From Candidatus Shapirobacteria bacterium CG_4_10_14_0_8_um_filter_39_15 (GTDB lineage: Bacteria > Patescibacteriota > Microgenomatia > UM-FILTER-39-15): a stretch of 64,000 nucleotides of DNA. A program made the translations under genes and the position numbers. This document shows, one piece after another, positions 50,764 to 60,165 of this stretch. The notes under the pieces are model-generated. The model saw nothing but the letters and a program-made list of their open reading frames with translations. It was not told the DNA's origin and made no database searches. The stretch is taken from positions 3,966 through 67,965 of the forward strand of contig PFLE01000011.1 in NCBI GenBank assembly GCA_002784465.1. The letters are read 5' to 3'. Numbering within the stretch: position 1 is the first letter of the stretch; each line of letters starts with the position of its first letter.

Positions 50764-52319
50764 ATTTTTCCTCCAAATAAATATACCTTAACTTTTGTTT
50801 GAGAATTTTGATAAAGCAATATTTTGTTTCCAAACTTTGCCGGCAATTTTTCATTGTTTCCCACCAAAATATGAGTAAAACTGGTGCCAGGCTTAGCCCA
50901 CGATTCGTGAACATAAGGAAAATCTAAATAGTATAGATTATGAATTCCATAAACCAAAACCAGATCGTCTTTTTGAATATTGTTTTTAAACCAGCCGTCA
51001 ACATCATAAAAATCTCCATAAGAAAAGTTTAAATTACGGTTTAAAAATTCGGTTTTCGTTTCTTTTCCCAATAAGTAAGGAACAAATTTTCTGGCCGCTA
51101 ACATTCTGCTTCCCATGTTTAATCCAGCAGTAAATATGACCAATGAGACGAATAAGACTAATTTATCTTTCTGTTTTTCTAATATGGAAAAAGTTACTAA
51201 GGTTAAAGCTGGTAAATAGGGAAGAAGATAACGGTTCGATTGGGTCGGTGCCAAGAAAATTGCGAGCAAAAAATATAACGCCGTAATTTTGATAGGAGCA
51301 GATTGTTTCCAAATAAAAATTAATACCAATGGTAAAAAGATCAGATAAATTGGTGAAATAATATCATCGGGTTTTAAGGTTGCCTGCCAAAGAAAAAAAG
51401 GAGCGGTTATAAAATTTTTAATAAGATCCACAATATTAGGTAGAAGCGATGGTCCAGACGAACCAGTGCAGCCGAAAGAAAACAGGAACCAGGGGCTAAC
51501 GATTAATAAAGCTAATCCGATAAATTTCCCTGCTCTCCCAACAATCCCAACTATCCCTTCTTCCTTTAATAAAAATATTAAAATTCCAAAAGCCCCCAAT
51601 GTCCCCAATGCTAAAATCTTAGTCGCCATTACCAACCCCACCATTACCGCTGATTCCCATAACCAGACATCTTTCTTGGTCTCGTTCCATCTTAAAAATA
51701 AATCCAGGGCCAAAATTTCAAAAAAGGTTCGGGCCAAATCAACATAGGTCGTCGTTGATTGCCAACCAACAATCAGCATCGTATAGAAAGTCAGAACTCC
51801 CAACAAAGCAAATCTTAAGGTTAAATATCTCCTTAACAAACCAAATAACGCCAAAAGCCCTAATAACCCAAAGAAGAAATGAATTAGTTTAGCGGCAATT
51901 TCGTTGGAAAAAAGCAGAGCCGCCGTGTAATACATTTCCGTTAAACGGGGGAGATTGGCCGGCCACATAAGCCAGCCCGGGAAAGAAAAAATCTGGTGAT
52001 GTTCAATATATAATCTCGCCGAAGTTAAGTGATACCAAAGAGCGTCAAAAGAAAGTTCCGGTGAAATCGCGCCCAGGAAGTTTATTAAAATCTGAATTCC
52101 AAGTAAACCGAGTATTACTATTATTAATTTATCTTTTTTAATTTCGGTGATAACCCTGATTTCCCCGATTTCCCTAATCACCCTGATTATCCTAAATAAA
52201 CCATAAACTAAAAAGGGGATTGTTATTAAAAAAATTTCTACTTTTCCTAATCTTCCCAAAATTCCTAATGAGAAGACCAAATATCCATAGATTCCTAAAA
52301 TTATTCCCAACTCTACCAT
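50760..52319 (-). CDS. GT-C-like polytopic membrane glycosyltransferase
   Basis: FDALWYHL, YVD, RYLLP, many TM; start could extend to 52385. Confidence 0.7.
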   Translation of the reverse strand: MVELGIILGIYGYLVFSLGILGRLGKVEIFLITIPFLVYGLFRIIRVIREIGEIRVITEIKKDKLIIVILGLLGIQILINFLGAISPELSFDALWYHLTSARLYIEHHQIFSFPGWLMWPANLPRLTEMYYTAALLFSNEIAAKLIHFFFGLLGLLALFGLLRRYLTLRFALLGVLTFYTMLIVGWQSTTTYVDLARTFFEILALDLFLRWNETKKDVWLWESAVMVGLVMATKILALGTLGAFGILIFLLKEEGIVGIVGRAGKFIGLALLIVSPWFLFSFGCTGSSGPSLLPNIVDLIKNFITAPFFLWQATLKPDDIISPIYLIFLPLVLIFIWKQSAPIKITALYFLLAIFLAPTQSNRYLLPYLPALTLVTFSILEKQKDKLVLFVSLVIFTAGLNMGSRMLAARKFVPYLLGKETKTEFLNRNLNFSYGDFYDVDGWFKNNIQKDDLVLVYGIHNLYYLDFPYVHESWAKPGTSFTHILVGNNEKLPAKFGNKILLYQNSQTKVKVYLFGGKI

Positions 52320-52401
52320 AATCCGCCCCTTTCCCCGAGCATTAGAATATATTTTCCCATTACTAATAAAACCCATATAACCCACCCTACCCTCAACACC
52401 C

Positions 52402-53175
52402 TCATTTTCCCTGCTTCCATAATAAATATAATTTAGACCTGACTAAAAATGAATGAAAACTCATTAATAAGGCAACCGCAAATCCCGGCATTCCATCCAT
52501 AAATCCCAACCGGAAAATCCAGTTTTGAAAAAACTTTCCTAACGGAAAACAAATAATTTCCAGCAAATTTGTCTTTTTGCCTTGATCATATAATTCTTTC
52601 GCCCGTAAAGTGGAATAAAAATTAACCTCTTCCAGAAATTCCGTCATGGTGGGGTGGGGGAGATGCACTAAAGGATTTTCCAATTCTCCCAAATCCTTTA
52701 CGCCTATTTCCCATCTTTCGTGGACTTTTCCTTCCCATTTCCCCGCCTCTTTTCTTCCTAGTCTCAATAATTTCACACTTCCCGCTTCTCCATGCTTTAA
52801 TTCCCTACCCCAGATCATATCCAGCCGTTTTAAATAAAAACCCGTAACTAAGGGAGATTTATAGGAAGTAACTGATTCAATTTCTCTTCTCAATTCAGGT
52901 GAAACTCTTTCATCCGCATCCACAAATAAAATCCAGTCCCCTTTCGCCTTTTCCAATCCAAAATTTCTCTGCCTGGCAAAATCCCCATCAAGTGATCTTG
53001 AAAAAATTTTTATTTTCTCGCATCCCGCTTCCCGCATCTCGCTTCTGACTATCTCCAAGGTTTTATCGTCGGAACAATCATCCACCAGCACAATCTCATC
53101 CGCCCATTTAACTGATTCCAGGCATTCCTCAATATTCCTTTCCTCATTTTTAGTAAGAATTACAACAGAAAGCAT
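52402..53175 (-). CDS. GT2 glycosyltransferase
   Basis: NEE.NI..CL.S, VDD.S.D, QRNFG, VDADE. Confidence 0.92.
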   Translation of the reverse strand: MLSVVILTKNEERNIEECLESVKWADEIVLVDDCSDDKTLEIVRSEMREAGCEKIKIFSRSLDGDFARQRNFGLEKAKGDWILFVDADERVSPELRREIESVTSYKSPLVTGFYLKRLDMIWGRELKHGEAGSVKLLRLGRKEAGKWEGKVHERWEIGVKDLGELENPLVHLPHPTMTEFLEEVNFYSTLRAKELYDQGKKTNLLEIICFPLGKFFQNWIFRLGFMDGMPGFAVALLMSFHSFLVRSKLYLLWKQGK

Positions 53176-53190
53176 CAGGTAGATTTTACA

Positions 53191-53991
53191 TCAATCGCGG
53201 AAAGATGCCAAAAGTTGGTTGCAAATTACCTTAATTACCAAAAGCCCCCAATATCCCCAAGCGATCGGCCTCTTAAACCAAATAATATTTTTATTTATAA
53301 AAAGCAAGTTGCTTCGTAAATTATGGCAAAGAGTAATCTTGGAATTACGGCCCGAAGTTGCACCAAGTTTATGAAAAAAAATTGATTTCGGTTCTAATTT
53401 GACAATAAACCCCGCCTTCTTTGCTCGATAACAAAAATCAGCATCTTCGTAATATAAAAAAAATCTTTCATCAAACAATCCTATCTTTTCAAAAACTTCC
53501 CGCTTAATTAAAATTACAGCACCAGAAACATAATCAAGATTTCTTGCTTTTATTTTGTTTCTTACTGTCGTTTCTTCATGATAAGTCCTTCCCGTAAATT
53601 TATTAAAATGACCCCCAAAATCATAAACGGTCTCCCCGTTCCTCTCAAATTGAAGTACCGGTCCAACAATATTTCCCTCGCTGTTTATCAAAGCTCTAAA
53701 GCTTTTTGGGGTAAATTCAATATCGTTATTTAAAAGAAGTATCTTTTCTGCACCTTTTTCTAAAGCATATTTAATTCCTACGTTCATCCCTTTAGAAAAT
53801 CCTAAGTTTTGTTTATTTTCAATAATTTTTATTTTGGGATAGTTACCAGAAATCGCATTAACTGAATTATCCTGCGAACCATTGTCAATAACAATTATGT
53901 TTTTTAGATAATCAGGTTTGTTAAATAATTTTAAACATTTTAAAGTTTCTTTTTTTCTATTATAATTTAAAATAAGAATAAAAATATTCAT
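53191..53991 (-). CDS. GT2 glycosyltransferase
   Basis: IDNGS.D, NLGF, LLNND, FDERFFLYYED.D. Confidence 0.92.
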   Translation of the reverse strand: MNIFILILNYNRKKETLKCLKLFNKPDYLKNIIVIDNGSQDNSVNAISGNYPKIKIIENKQNLGFSKGMNVGIKYALEKGAEKILLLNNDIEFTPKSFRALINSEGNIVGPVLQFERNGETVYDFGGHFNKFTGRTYHEETTVRNKIKARNLDYVSGAVILIKREVFEKIGLFDERFFLYYEDADFCYRAKKAGFIVKLEPKSIFFHKLGATSGRNSKITLCHNLRSNLLFINKNIIWFKRPIAWGYWGLLVIKVICNQLLASFRD

Positions 53992-54068
53992 ATATAAGGA
54001 TTTTATCAGAATATTCTCATATTTGCCTCTTGACAATATTATTCTACATAAATTAAGTTATATTTGTA

Positions 54069-56531
54069 ATGAAAATTATACTAAAATCTTTTCTTCTATT
54101 TTTCATCATTTTACTTTTTAATTACCATAATTGTTTTGCCCTAACTCTGCTAGAAGATAATTTTAGTGGCGTTAGTCAAATGGATGGAAAACCCGTGAGT
54201 TGGGAAGAGCATTTAGGAGATATCGGTTCTTGGAATATCATTAATGGAGAATATATTGGAAAAGTCACAAAAGATACTTCCCAGGATTTATCTACATATT
54301 CTATAGCGGGTAACAATTCCTGGGATAACTATCGCTTTACTGTACGAATTAAAGGTGATATTGGTCTAGATAAAGTTATTCTTTTTAGATATCACTCTTT
54401 AAATGAAACTTATGCAATAAAGCTGATAAGCTCTTGGTGGGATACTTACGGAGATAAAATTACCCTGCTCAAAAATGATCTAACACAGTGGTGGGGAGCA
54501 AGTGCTGATTACGTTAATAGTCTTGGAATTTGGTACACATTATCTGTAGAGGTAAATAACAATAACATAAAGGTTTTTATCAATAACTCCACAACCCCCA
54601 TATTGGATTACACCGACACTAAAACTGAAACTAACAATCCTATTTTGAATGGAAAAATAGGATTAATGGCTTGGCCTGGATTTTATAACAATTATGGCAG
54701 CGTAACGCAGGTAAGTTTTGATGATGTCCTGGTAACTACCCTTGAATCTCCCTTACCCACCCTTACACCAACGCCTGCACCCTTACCCCCAATAGTAATC
54801 CTGCCCGGCTTGGGTTCCAGTTGGAATTCTGATGCCTTGCTTTTGGGACAGAATAAACCCCAAAGCGAATGGAAAGCAATGTTTGGTTTTACCCTTTATG
54901 AACCCTTAATCCAAACCCTTAAAAACGCCGGTTATGAGGATAATGGTCCTAACCAAAATCTTTTTCTTTTCTTTTACGACTGGACAAAACCGATTTCCCA
55001 AATCTCCGATGATTTAAAAATTTTTATCGCCAATGTTGTCAAGCCGCCGCCTAATAATAAAGTTGATTTAATTGGCCATAGTCTTGGAGGAATGGTAGGC
55101 AGAACTTATTTGCAGAATAATCCAGGCAATCCGGTTGATAAATTAATAACTTTAAGCTCTCCCCATCAAGGTGCGCCTTCGGCTTATTATGCCTGGGAAG
55201 GCGGTCAATTGGATAAACTTTTGGGGCCTTTTGAAAGAATCGGCGCCGGTCTTTTTCTCTATGGCAGAAATTTGACGCAAAATTCTCCATCGCAAGCTAA
55301 AGAAATTCAAACACTTTTTCCCGTCATTAAGGACTTACTGCCAACTTTTAATTATCTTAAGAAAGATCATTCGGAAGTCAATTTGGATCAAATGTCTCAA
55401 AAAAATATTTGGCTTATTAATCTAAATTCTTTCCTTCCGGATTATCTCACTTTACACCTCAATGCTTTTGTTGGCAATATTCCCAACAGCGTGATTGAAT
55501 GGATTCCGGTTACCTATCAGACCTGGCTTGATAAAATTTTAGGTCTTTGGCCTGATGGCAAACCAACTGACAATAATATTCTTGGGGCCGGGGATAAAAT
55601 TGCCTTGGCAAAAAGCAGCCAACTGGGAGGAGCAAATGTCTATGAAATTAATGGCGCCGATCACAGCACGATTGTTTCCGGTCCGGATTCGCTGCAAAAA
55701 GTCTTGGAAGTTCTCGGTCTGCCTTCCCAGCAATTTAACCCTTCGACTCCGCTCAGGGCAAGCAATTATTTAGTTTTTTACTTGGGTTCTCCGGCGAATA
55801 TCACTGGTATTTTTGATGGTAATCATCAACCGATTGGTAGTTTTGAAGGTAAAATGGGAATTGTTCCCGATCCTCTACCGGGCAAATATCAGGTGCAAAT
55901 TACCGGAACAGGAACGGGAAGTTATCGCTTATTTGTTGGGCAAATTAATCAAAATGGTCAGGATTTTTGGACCGATATTTCCGGAATGATAACTTTAAAT
56001 CAGGTCAAGTCCCATTTCCTTTCTTTCTCCTCTAATAATCCTCTAACTTTCCTTTATCCTGACGATTATTCGAATAGCGTTAAAACCAAACTGAATGACC
56101 TCAATATCAGCAGTACATACAAAACCGCTTTCCTTCTACTTTTTAATAAACAAAAATACGAGGACGCGATTAAATTTCTTTATGGTGTTCGTATCTTAAC
56201 CAAAGATTTTCCCACTAAAAATAAAATTCAGGAAATTATTGACCAATGCGAATTGCTTTATCTGTCGCAAAATTTAAACAAGCCTCTATATAATTCCGTT
56301 AAATTAGCTTCGGAATTAAAATCCAGCCGGTCGGTTTTTAATCAAATGGAAAGTTTGTTAAAAATAAAAGGTGCGCAGGGAAAAACGATTCCCGAATACG
56401 GTCAGCTTTATTTGCTGGCTCAAGATAAACTGAATCAAGCTTTGACAGCTAAATCTTATGAATCTCATATAAATGCCCTTGGCTCAAAAATGCTTTCCAC
56501 TGAACTAAATTATCTTCTTTCCAAAAACTAA
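54069..56531 (+). CDS. Secreted lectin-like domain plus alpha/beta hydrolase (lipase/acyltransferase-like)
   Basis: Signal peptide, GKIGL..V.FDDV, ILPGLG, FFYDW, IGHSLGG, SPHQGA. Confidence 0.8.
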   Translation: MKIILKSFLLFFIILLFNYHNCFALTLLEDNFSGVSQMDGKPVSWEEHLGDIGSWNIINGEYIGKVTKDTSQDLSTYSIAGNNSWDNYRFTVRIKGDIGLDKVILFRYHSLNETYAIKLISSWWDTYGDKITLLKNDLTQWWGASADYVNSLGIWYTLSVEVNNNNIKVFINNSTTPILDYTDTKTETNNPILNGKIGLMAWPGFYNNYGSVTQVSFDDVLVTTLESPLPTLTPTPAPLPPIVILPGLGSSWNSDALLLGQNKPQSEWKAMFGFTLYEPLIQTLKNAGYEDNGPNQNLFLFFYDWTKPISQISDDLKIFIANVVKPPPNNKVDLIGHSLGGMVGRTYLQNNPGNPVDKLITLSSPHQGAPSAYYAWEGGQLDKLLGPFERIGAGLFLYGRNLTQNSPSQAKEIQTLFPVIKDLLPTFNYLKKDHSEVNLDQMSQKNIWLINLNSFLPDYLTLHLNAFVGNIPNSVIEWIPVTYQTWLDKILGLWPDGKPTDNNILGAGDKIALAKSSQLGGANVYEINGADHSTIVSGPDSLQKVLEVLGLPSQQFNPSTPLRASNYLVFYLGSPANITGIFDGNHQPIGSFEGKMGIVPDPLPGKYQVQITGTGTGSYRLFVGQINQNGQDFWTDISGMITLNQVKSHFLSFSSNNPLTFLYPDDYSNSVKTKLNDLNISSTYKTAFLLLFNKQKYEDAIKFLYGVRILTKDFPTKNKIQEIIDQCELLYLSQNLNKPLYNSVKLASELKSSRSVFNQMESLLKIKGAQGKTIPEYGQLYLLAQDKLNQALTAKSYESHINALGSKMLSTELNYLLSKN

Positions 56532-56576
56532 TCGTCATCCTGAACGAAGTGAAGGATCTTCTTTTTCCCCGCGCCC

Positions 56577-56604
56577 TTGACAAGCTATCACCATTTGATA
56601 TAAT
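56577..56604 (+). promoter_or_regulatory. Consensus sigma70 promoter with extended -10
   Basis: TTGACA 56577-56582, 16 bp, TG-A-TATAAT (TATAAT 56599-56604). Confidence 0.8.
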
Positions 56605-56610
56605 CTTTTC

Positions 56611-57471
56611 TTACGAATCACAAATTGGTGATGCAGTTTGAAAAAGGAGGTTCTTAACTAATTGACAGCAAACAGTCAGACAGTATGGAGATTCAATTCA
56701 CCCTGCCTGGACTGTTAGCCTACACCACTACGGCACACGGAGAGTACACGTTACTGAGGGGTCACGTTCTTGGGTGTTAGCTCCACAATTTCACGCACAT
56801 GTTGGGTATCACGGTGTGTGCCGTAAAGGGGAAGGTTTGGGTTCGGCGGAGCTTATGGTTGGGCTGTGATGCTGATCTCGCCTTTTCCTTGGATCCCGTC
56901 CGGCGGGATCCTGCTCAGACTCGGGAGGGTTTTTGTGGTGGAATCCCCCTGAGTCACAATCGACATGGCTCGGGTAAAGACCAAAAGGAGGTAGTATGGC
57001 AGTAGAAATCTTCCTGATTTCCTGGCTCGGCAAGGTTGCCAATCGCCAGTGCCAAGCGAATCCCTGTCAGGTCATGGTACCCCGAGCCGACTCCAACTCC
57101 CTCGGTTGTCATTTAGGATGGAGCCGTCTTGGGCCTGTCTAGTTTTGTTCGGGATCGGATTCGTCGGGAGTTGTCTTCGTTTTACGCCGTCGAGCTGTTG
57201 TATCTGATCAAGGTAAATCACCTTGCGTGATGCGTCAAACAGTTACGGTAATATTTACAGCGACAACTCTCTAATCGTTGTTCACAACCGGTCTAAATAG
57301 GAGGTAACATGCCTCTGTACAAATCCGGTATTTGTCGGCACAAGGTTCTGGGCCTTGTAAGCTGACTCGGTGAATCCGGGAAAATGAATGGCGTTCGTCA
57401 GCTCCGGCGGAGATGAAAACACAAGGTTACCAAACCTGTGCCACCATCATCTCTTCCGGAGCTCTTTTTTT
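56611..57471 (+). ncRNA. Candidate large structured RNA (unassigned), possibly with small ORFs
   Basis: GC-richer than its flanks, no long ORF, at least nine helices, bounded by promoter and terminator. Confidence 0.65.
57400..57471 (+). terminator. Long hairpin plus T-run terminator
   Basis: AGCTCCGGCGGAGATGA 57400-57416 pairs with TCATCTCTTCCGGAGCT 57447-57463, then T7. Confidence 0.8.
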
Positions 57472-57475
57472 ATAA

Positions 57476-57514
57476 CTACGTTCACACCTTAAAGGTGAAT
57501 TACGTTCGCACCTC
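57476..57514 (+). repeat. REP family B, left flank of RAYT2
   Basis: CTACGTTCACACCTTAAAGGTGAATTACGTTCGCACCTC. Confidence 0.9.
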
Positions 57515-57554
57515 CTACTTTACATTCTTATTTAATTATTTTATAGTAATAATT

Positions 57555-58214
57555 ATGCCAGGGAGAAATCCAATTTTAGCTACAGGTGAAATTTATCATG
57601 TTTTTAATCGAGGTGTTGAACATCGTCAAATCTTTCATGATGTTTATGACTATCAAAGAGCAATTGGAGCAATTAATTTCTATCAACACAATCCAGAACT
57701 TAAATTTTCAGATTTTCTTAATCTCCCAATCGATCAAAAGCAACAAATTCTAAAAGATATTGATAAATTACCAAAAATTGTCGAAATACTCTGCGAATGT
57801 TTAATGCCTAATCATTTCCATTTCCTTCTTGAGCAATTAACCGATCAAGGAATTTCTATTTTTTTGAGTAAATTTACAAATAGCTATACTAAATATTTTA
57901 ATACAAGAGATAACCGTGACGGAAGTTTGTTTGGAGGTCCATTTAAGGCAGTTCGCATCGATACAACTGAACAGCTACTTCAGGTTTCTCGATATGTCCA
58001 CTTAAACCCTGTTGTTTCTTTTTTAATTAAACCCGAGGAAATAATAAATTATCAATGGTCTTCATTGAAAGAATTATTAGAAAAACCTACGACTGCTCAA
58101 AAGGAATTAATTCTTTCATCATTCCAAACTCCAGCAAAATATCAGGAATTTGTCATGGATCAAGTTAACTATGCAAAATCGCTGGAAAATTTAAAAGACA
58201 AATTTTTTGAATAA
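57555..58214 (+). mobile_element. REP-associated tyrosine transposase RAYT2
   Basis: YHVFNRG, LMPNHFHFLL, YTKYFN, YVHLNP, YQWSS; ATG 57555. Confidence 0.9.
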
Positions 58215-58216
58215 AA

Positions 58217-58249
58217 CGAAAGGTGTGAACCTAGTTCACCTTAAAGGTG
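58217..58249 (-). repeat. REP family B, right flank of RAYT2, overlapping the tRNA-Val 3' end
   Basis: rc CACCTTTAAGGTGAACTAGGTTCACACCTTTCG. Confidence 0.85.
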
Positions 58250-58320
58250 GGTACGGAAGGACTTGAACCTTCGGCCTCCTGAATGTGAATCAGGCGCTCC
58301 AGCCGCTGAGCTACGTACCC
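58248..58320 (-). tRNA. tRNA-Val(CAC)
   Basis: GGGTACG/CGTACCC-A, loop TTCACAT, GGTTCAAGTCC. Confidence 0.93.
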
Positions 58321-58425
58321 AATAAAATTTGTGCGGGTGCGGGTAAACCAACTGGGCCGCACAAGCTTCTTAACTTTTCCTTCTTGCTTCCATTATACCA
58401 AATACGGTAAAATTTATTAAAGATT

Positions 58426-59013
58426 ATGAATGAATTAACTAAACGAATTGGCGGATTTTTTCTTGATATTATTCAAACTATTGTTTTAGCCCTTTCCCTA
58501 TTTGTTGTTTGCTATTTGTTTTTATTCCAAGTTCATGTGGTTAAAGGAAGTTCAATGTTCCCCAATTTCCATGATGGAGATTTAATTTTAACCGATAAAA
58601 TTTCTTACCGCTTCAATCTTCCCCAAAGATTTGACGTGGTAGTCCTTAAGGCGCCTTCTTCCGAACCGTGCTCTGAACAAAATTGCGAATATATTAAAAG
58701 AATTATTGGTTTACCAAATGATAGAATCCGCCTCCTTAATAATCAAATATTTGTTGATGAATCGATTATTGCTGAACCTTTTTTGTCTTCAGACATCGTT
58801 ACCATGGGCAGCTCGGCGTTACATGAAGGAGAAACAAAAACTTTAGAAAGTGAAGAATATTTGGTGATGGGTGATAATCGAACATACTCCCGTGATGGCC
58901 GAGAATTTGGTCCGATCAAAAGAAATGCCATTATCGGAAAAGCGTGGTGGAGAGTTTGGCCTGTAAGCGACTTTGGTTTAGTTAAACACTATTCTTTGCA
59001 AACTGCTTTGTAA
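58426..59013 (+). CDS. lepB: Signal peptidase I
   Basis: GSSMFP, YIKRIIGLP, GDNR..S.DGR.FG. Confidence 0.93.
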   Translation: MNELTKRIGGFFLDIIQTIVLALSLFVVCYLFLFQVHVVKGSSMFPNFHDGDLILTDKISYRFNLPQRFDVVVLKAPSSEPCSEQNCEYIKRIIGLPNDRIRLLNNQIFVDESIIAEPFLSSDIVTMGSSALHEGETKTLESEEYLVMGDNRTYSRDGREFGPIKRNAIIGKAWWRVWPVSDFGLVKHYSLQTAL

Positions 59014-59822
59014 ATTTTCAGAAGCGTTCCGTCGGTATCTTCCAACCCGCCCTTCAAAGTGAATGTTATTTTTGTTTCTGCCCTTGACCGGGTAATTTTA
59101 ACTTTTGCTTTCGCCCCATCATCCACCAGCTTTTTTTCCATTTCGTTTCTCATCCGATCCGCTTCCTCGTGAACCAAAAAAACTTGAACTTTGTTTCTCT
59201 TGGCCTCCTCGCCAACACTGTATTTCATTCTTCGGGCGATATCTTCCGCACGTCTCACCGAAGCGGCTTCCTTCAAAATTATCTTATAAGCTTCAATCAT
59301 TACCCTTGGATCCTCAATCGCGGCTAATGCTCTAGCATGACCTTCGCTGATTAAACCCGACAATAAACCGTCTTTCAAAGCATCCGGCAATGTCAGGATA
59401 CGCAATGAGTTGGAAACATAGGCCTGGCTTTTACCAATGCGGCGGGAAATTTCCGACGTTCCTAAACTAAATTCCTCAATTAATCTTTGAAACGCTTTAG
59501 CCCTCTCAATCGGATTCAAATCAACCCGCTGAACATTTTCCACAATGGCCATTTCCAACATCCCTCGGGGTGTGGTTTCCTTAATAATTACCGGTACGTA
59601 AGCTAATCCGGCAATCTTGGCTGCCCGCCATCGCCGTTCACCGGCAACTAGTTGATATCCGGCCGGTGTTTTAGCAACAACCAGAGGTTCTAAAATTCCG
59701 TGCTGTTTAATTGAGTCAACTAAATCAACTAACGATTCCGGAGTAATCACGCCTCGCGGTTGAAGAGGATTGCCCTGCAATTCGTTTATATCAAGCTGAA
59801 TAACCTGTTGATTTTCTGCCAT
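58989..59822 (-). CDS. parB: ParB/Spo0J partition protein
   Basis: NP.QPR, AGERRWRA, ENVQR.DLNPIE, GHARAL. Confidence 0.93.
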   Translation of the reverse strand: MAENQQVIQLDINELQGNPLQPRGVITPESLVDLVDSIKQHGILEPLVVAKTPAGYQLVAGERRWRAAKIAGLAYVPVIIKETTPRGMLEMAIVENVQRVDLNPIERAKAFQRLIEEFSLGTSEISRRIGKSQAYVSNSLRILTLPDALKDGLLSGLISEGHARALAAIEDPRVMIEAYKIILKEAASVRRAEDIARRMKYSVGEEAKRNKVQVFLVHEEADRMRNEMEKKLVDDGAKAKVKITRSRAETKITFTLKGGLEDTDGTLLKIYKAVCKE

Positions 59823-59824
59823 TT

Positions 59825-60070
59825 TTAAATGACATTAACAAAAACATCACTTTTATTCTTTTTGAAAACTACCGACCCTTCCTTAAGGGCAAAAATCGTA
59901 TAATCACGACCCATACCGACGCCTTCTCCCGGATGATATTTTGTCCCTTTTTGCCGAACCAAAATCATGCCGTTTTTAACTTTTTGACCACCAGAAATTT
60001 TTAAGCCTAAACGGCGGCCGACGCGATTGGTTTTTTGACTGACTTTTCCGCCTGCTTTTGTTTTTGACAT
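59825..60070 (-). CDS. rpmA: 50S ribosomal protein L27
   Basis: [23 protein letters not shown]. Confidence 0.95.
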   Translation of the reverse strand: MSKTKAGGKVSQKTNRVGRRLGLKISGGQKVKNGMILVRQKGTKYHPGEGVGMGRDYTIFALKEGSVVFKKNKSDVFVNVI

Positions 60071-60165
60071 CTTAAAAAGAGTTTAAGCCATTTTTTCACG
60101 CGAGTCAAGCCCTGAAAATAAACGATTTATTTTTAGTGTTCTACTGGGGGTCAAGAGGAATTAAA

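Noticed and set aside
56799-57042. Listed 68-aa (+) and 77-aa (-) ORFs as genes
   Set aside because: No SD or recognisable motif; they overlap dense base-paired helices
56611-57471. RNase P RNA, tmRNA or group II intron
   Set aside because: No GAGGAAAGTCC P4 motif, no tRNA-Ala-like ends, no GTGCG start with domain V seen on either strand by eye; a divergent member cannot be excluded without cmscan
14957-58249. Family B repeats as a CRISPR array
   Set aside because: Copies are dispersed kilobases apart with no regular spacers and no cas genes; two flank a RAYT gene
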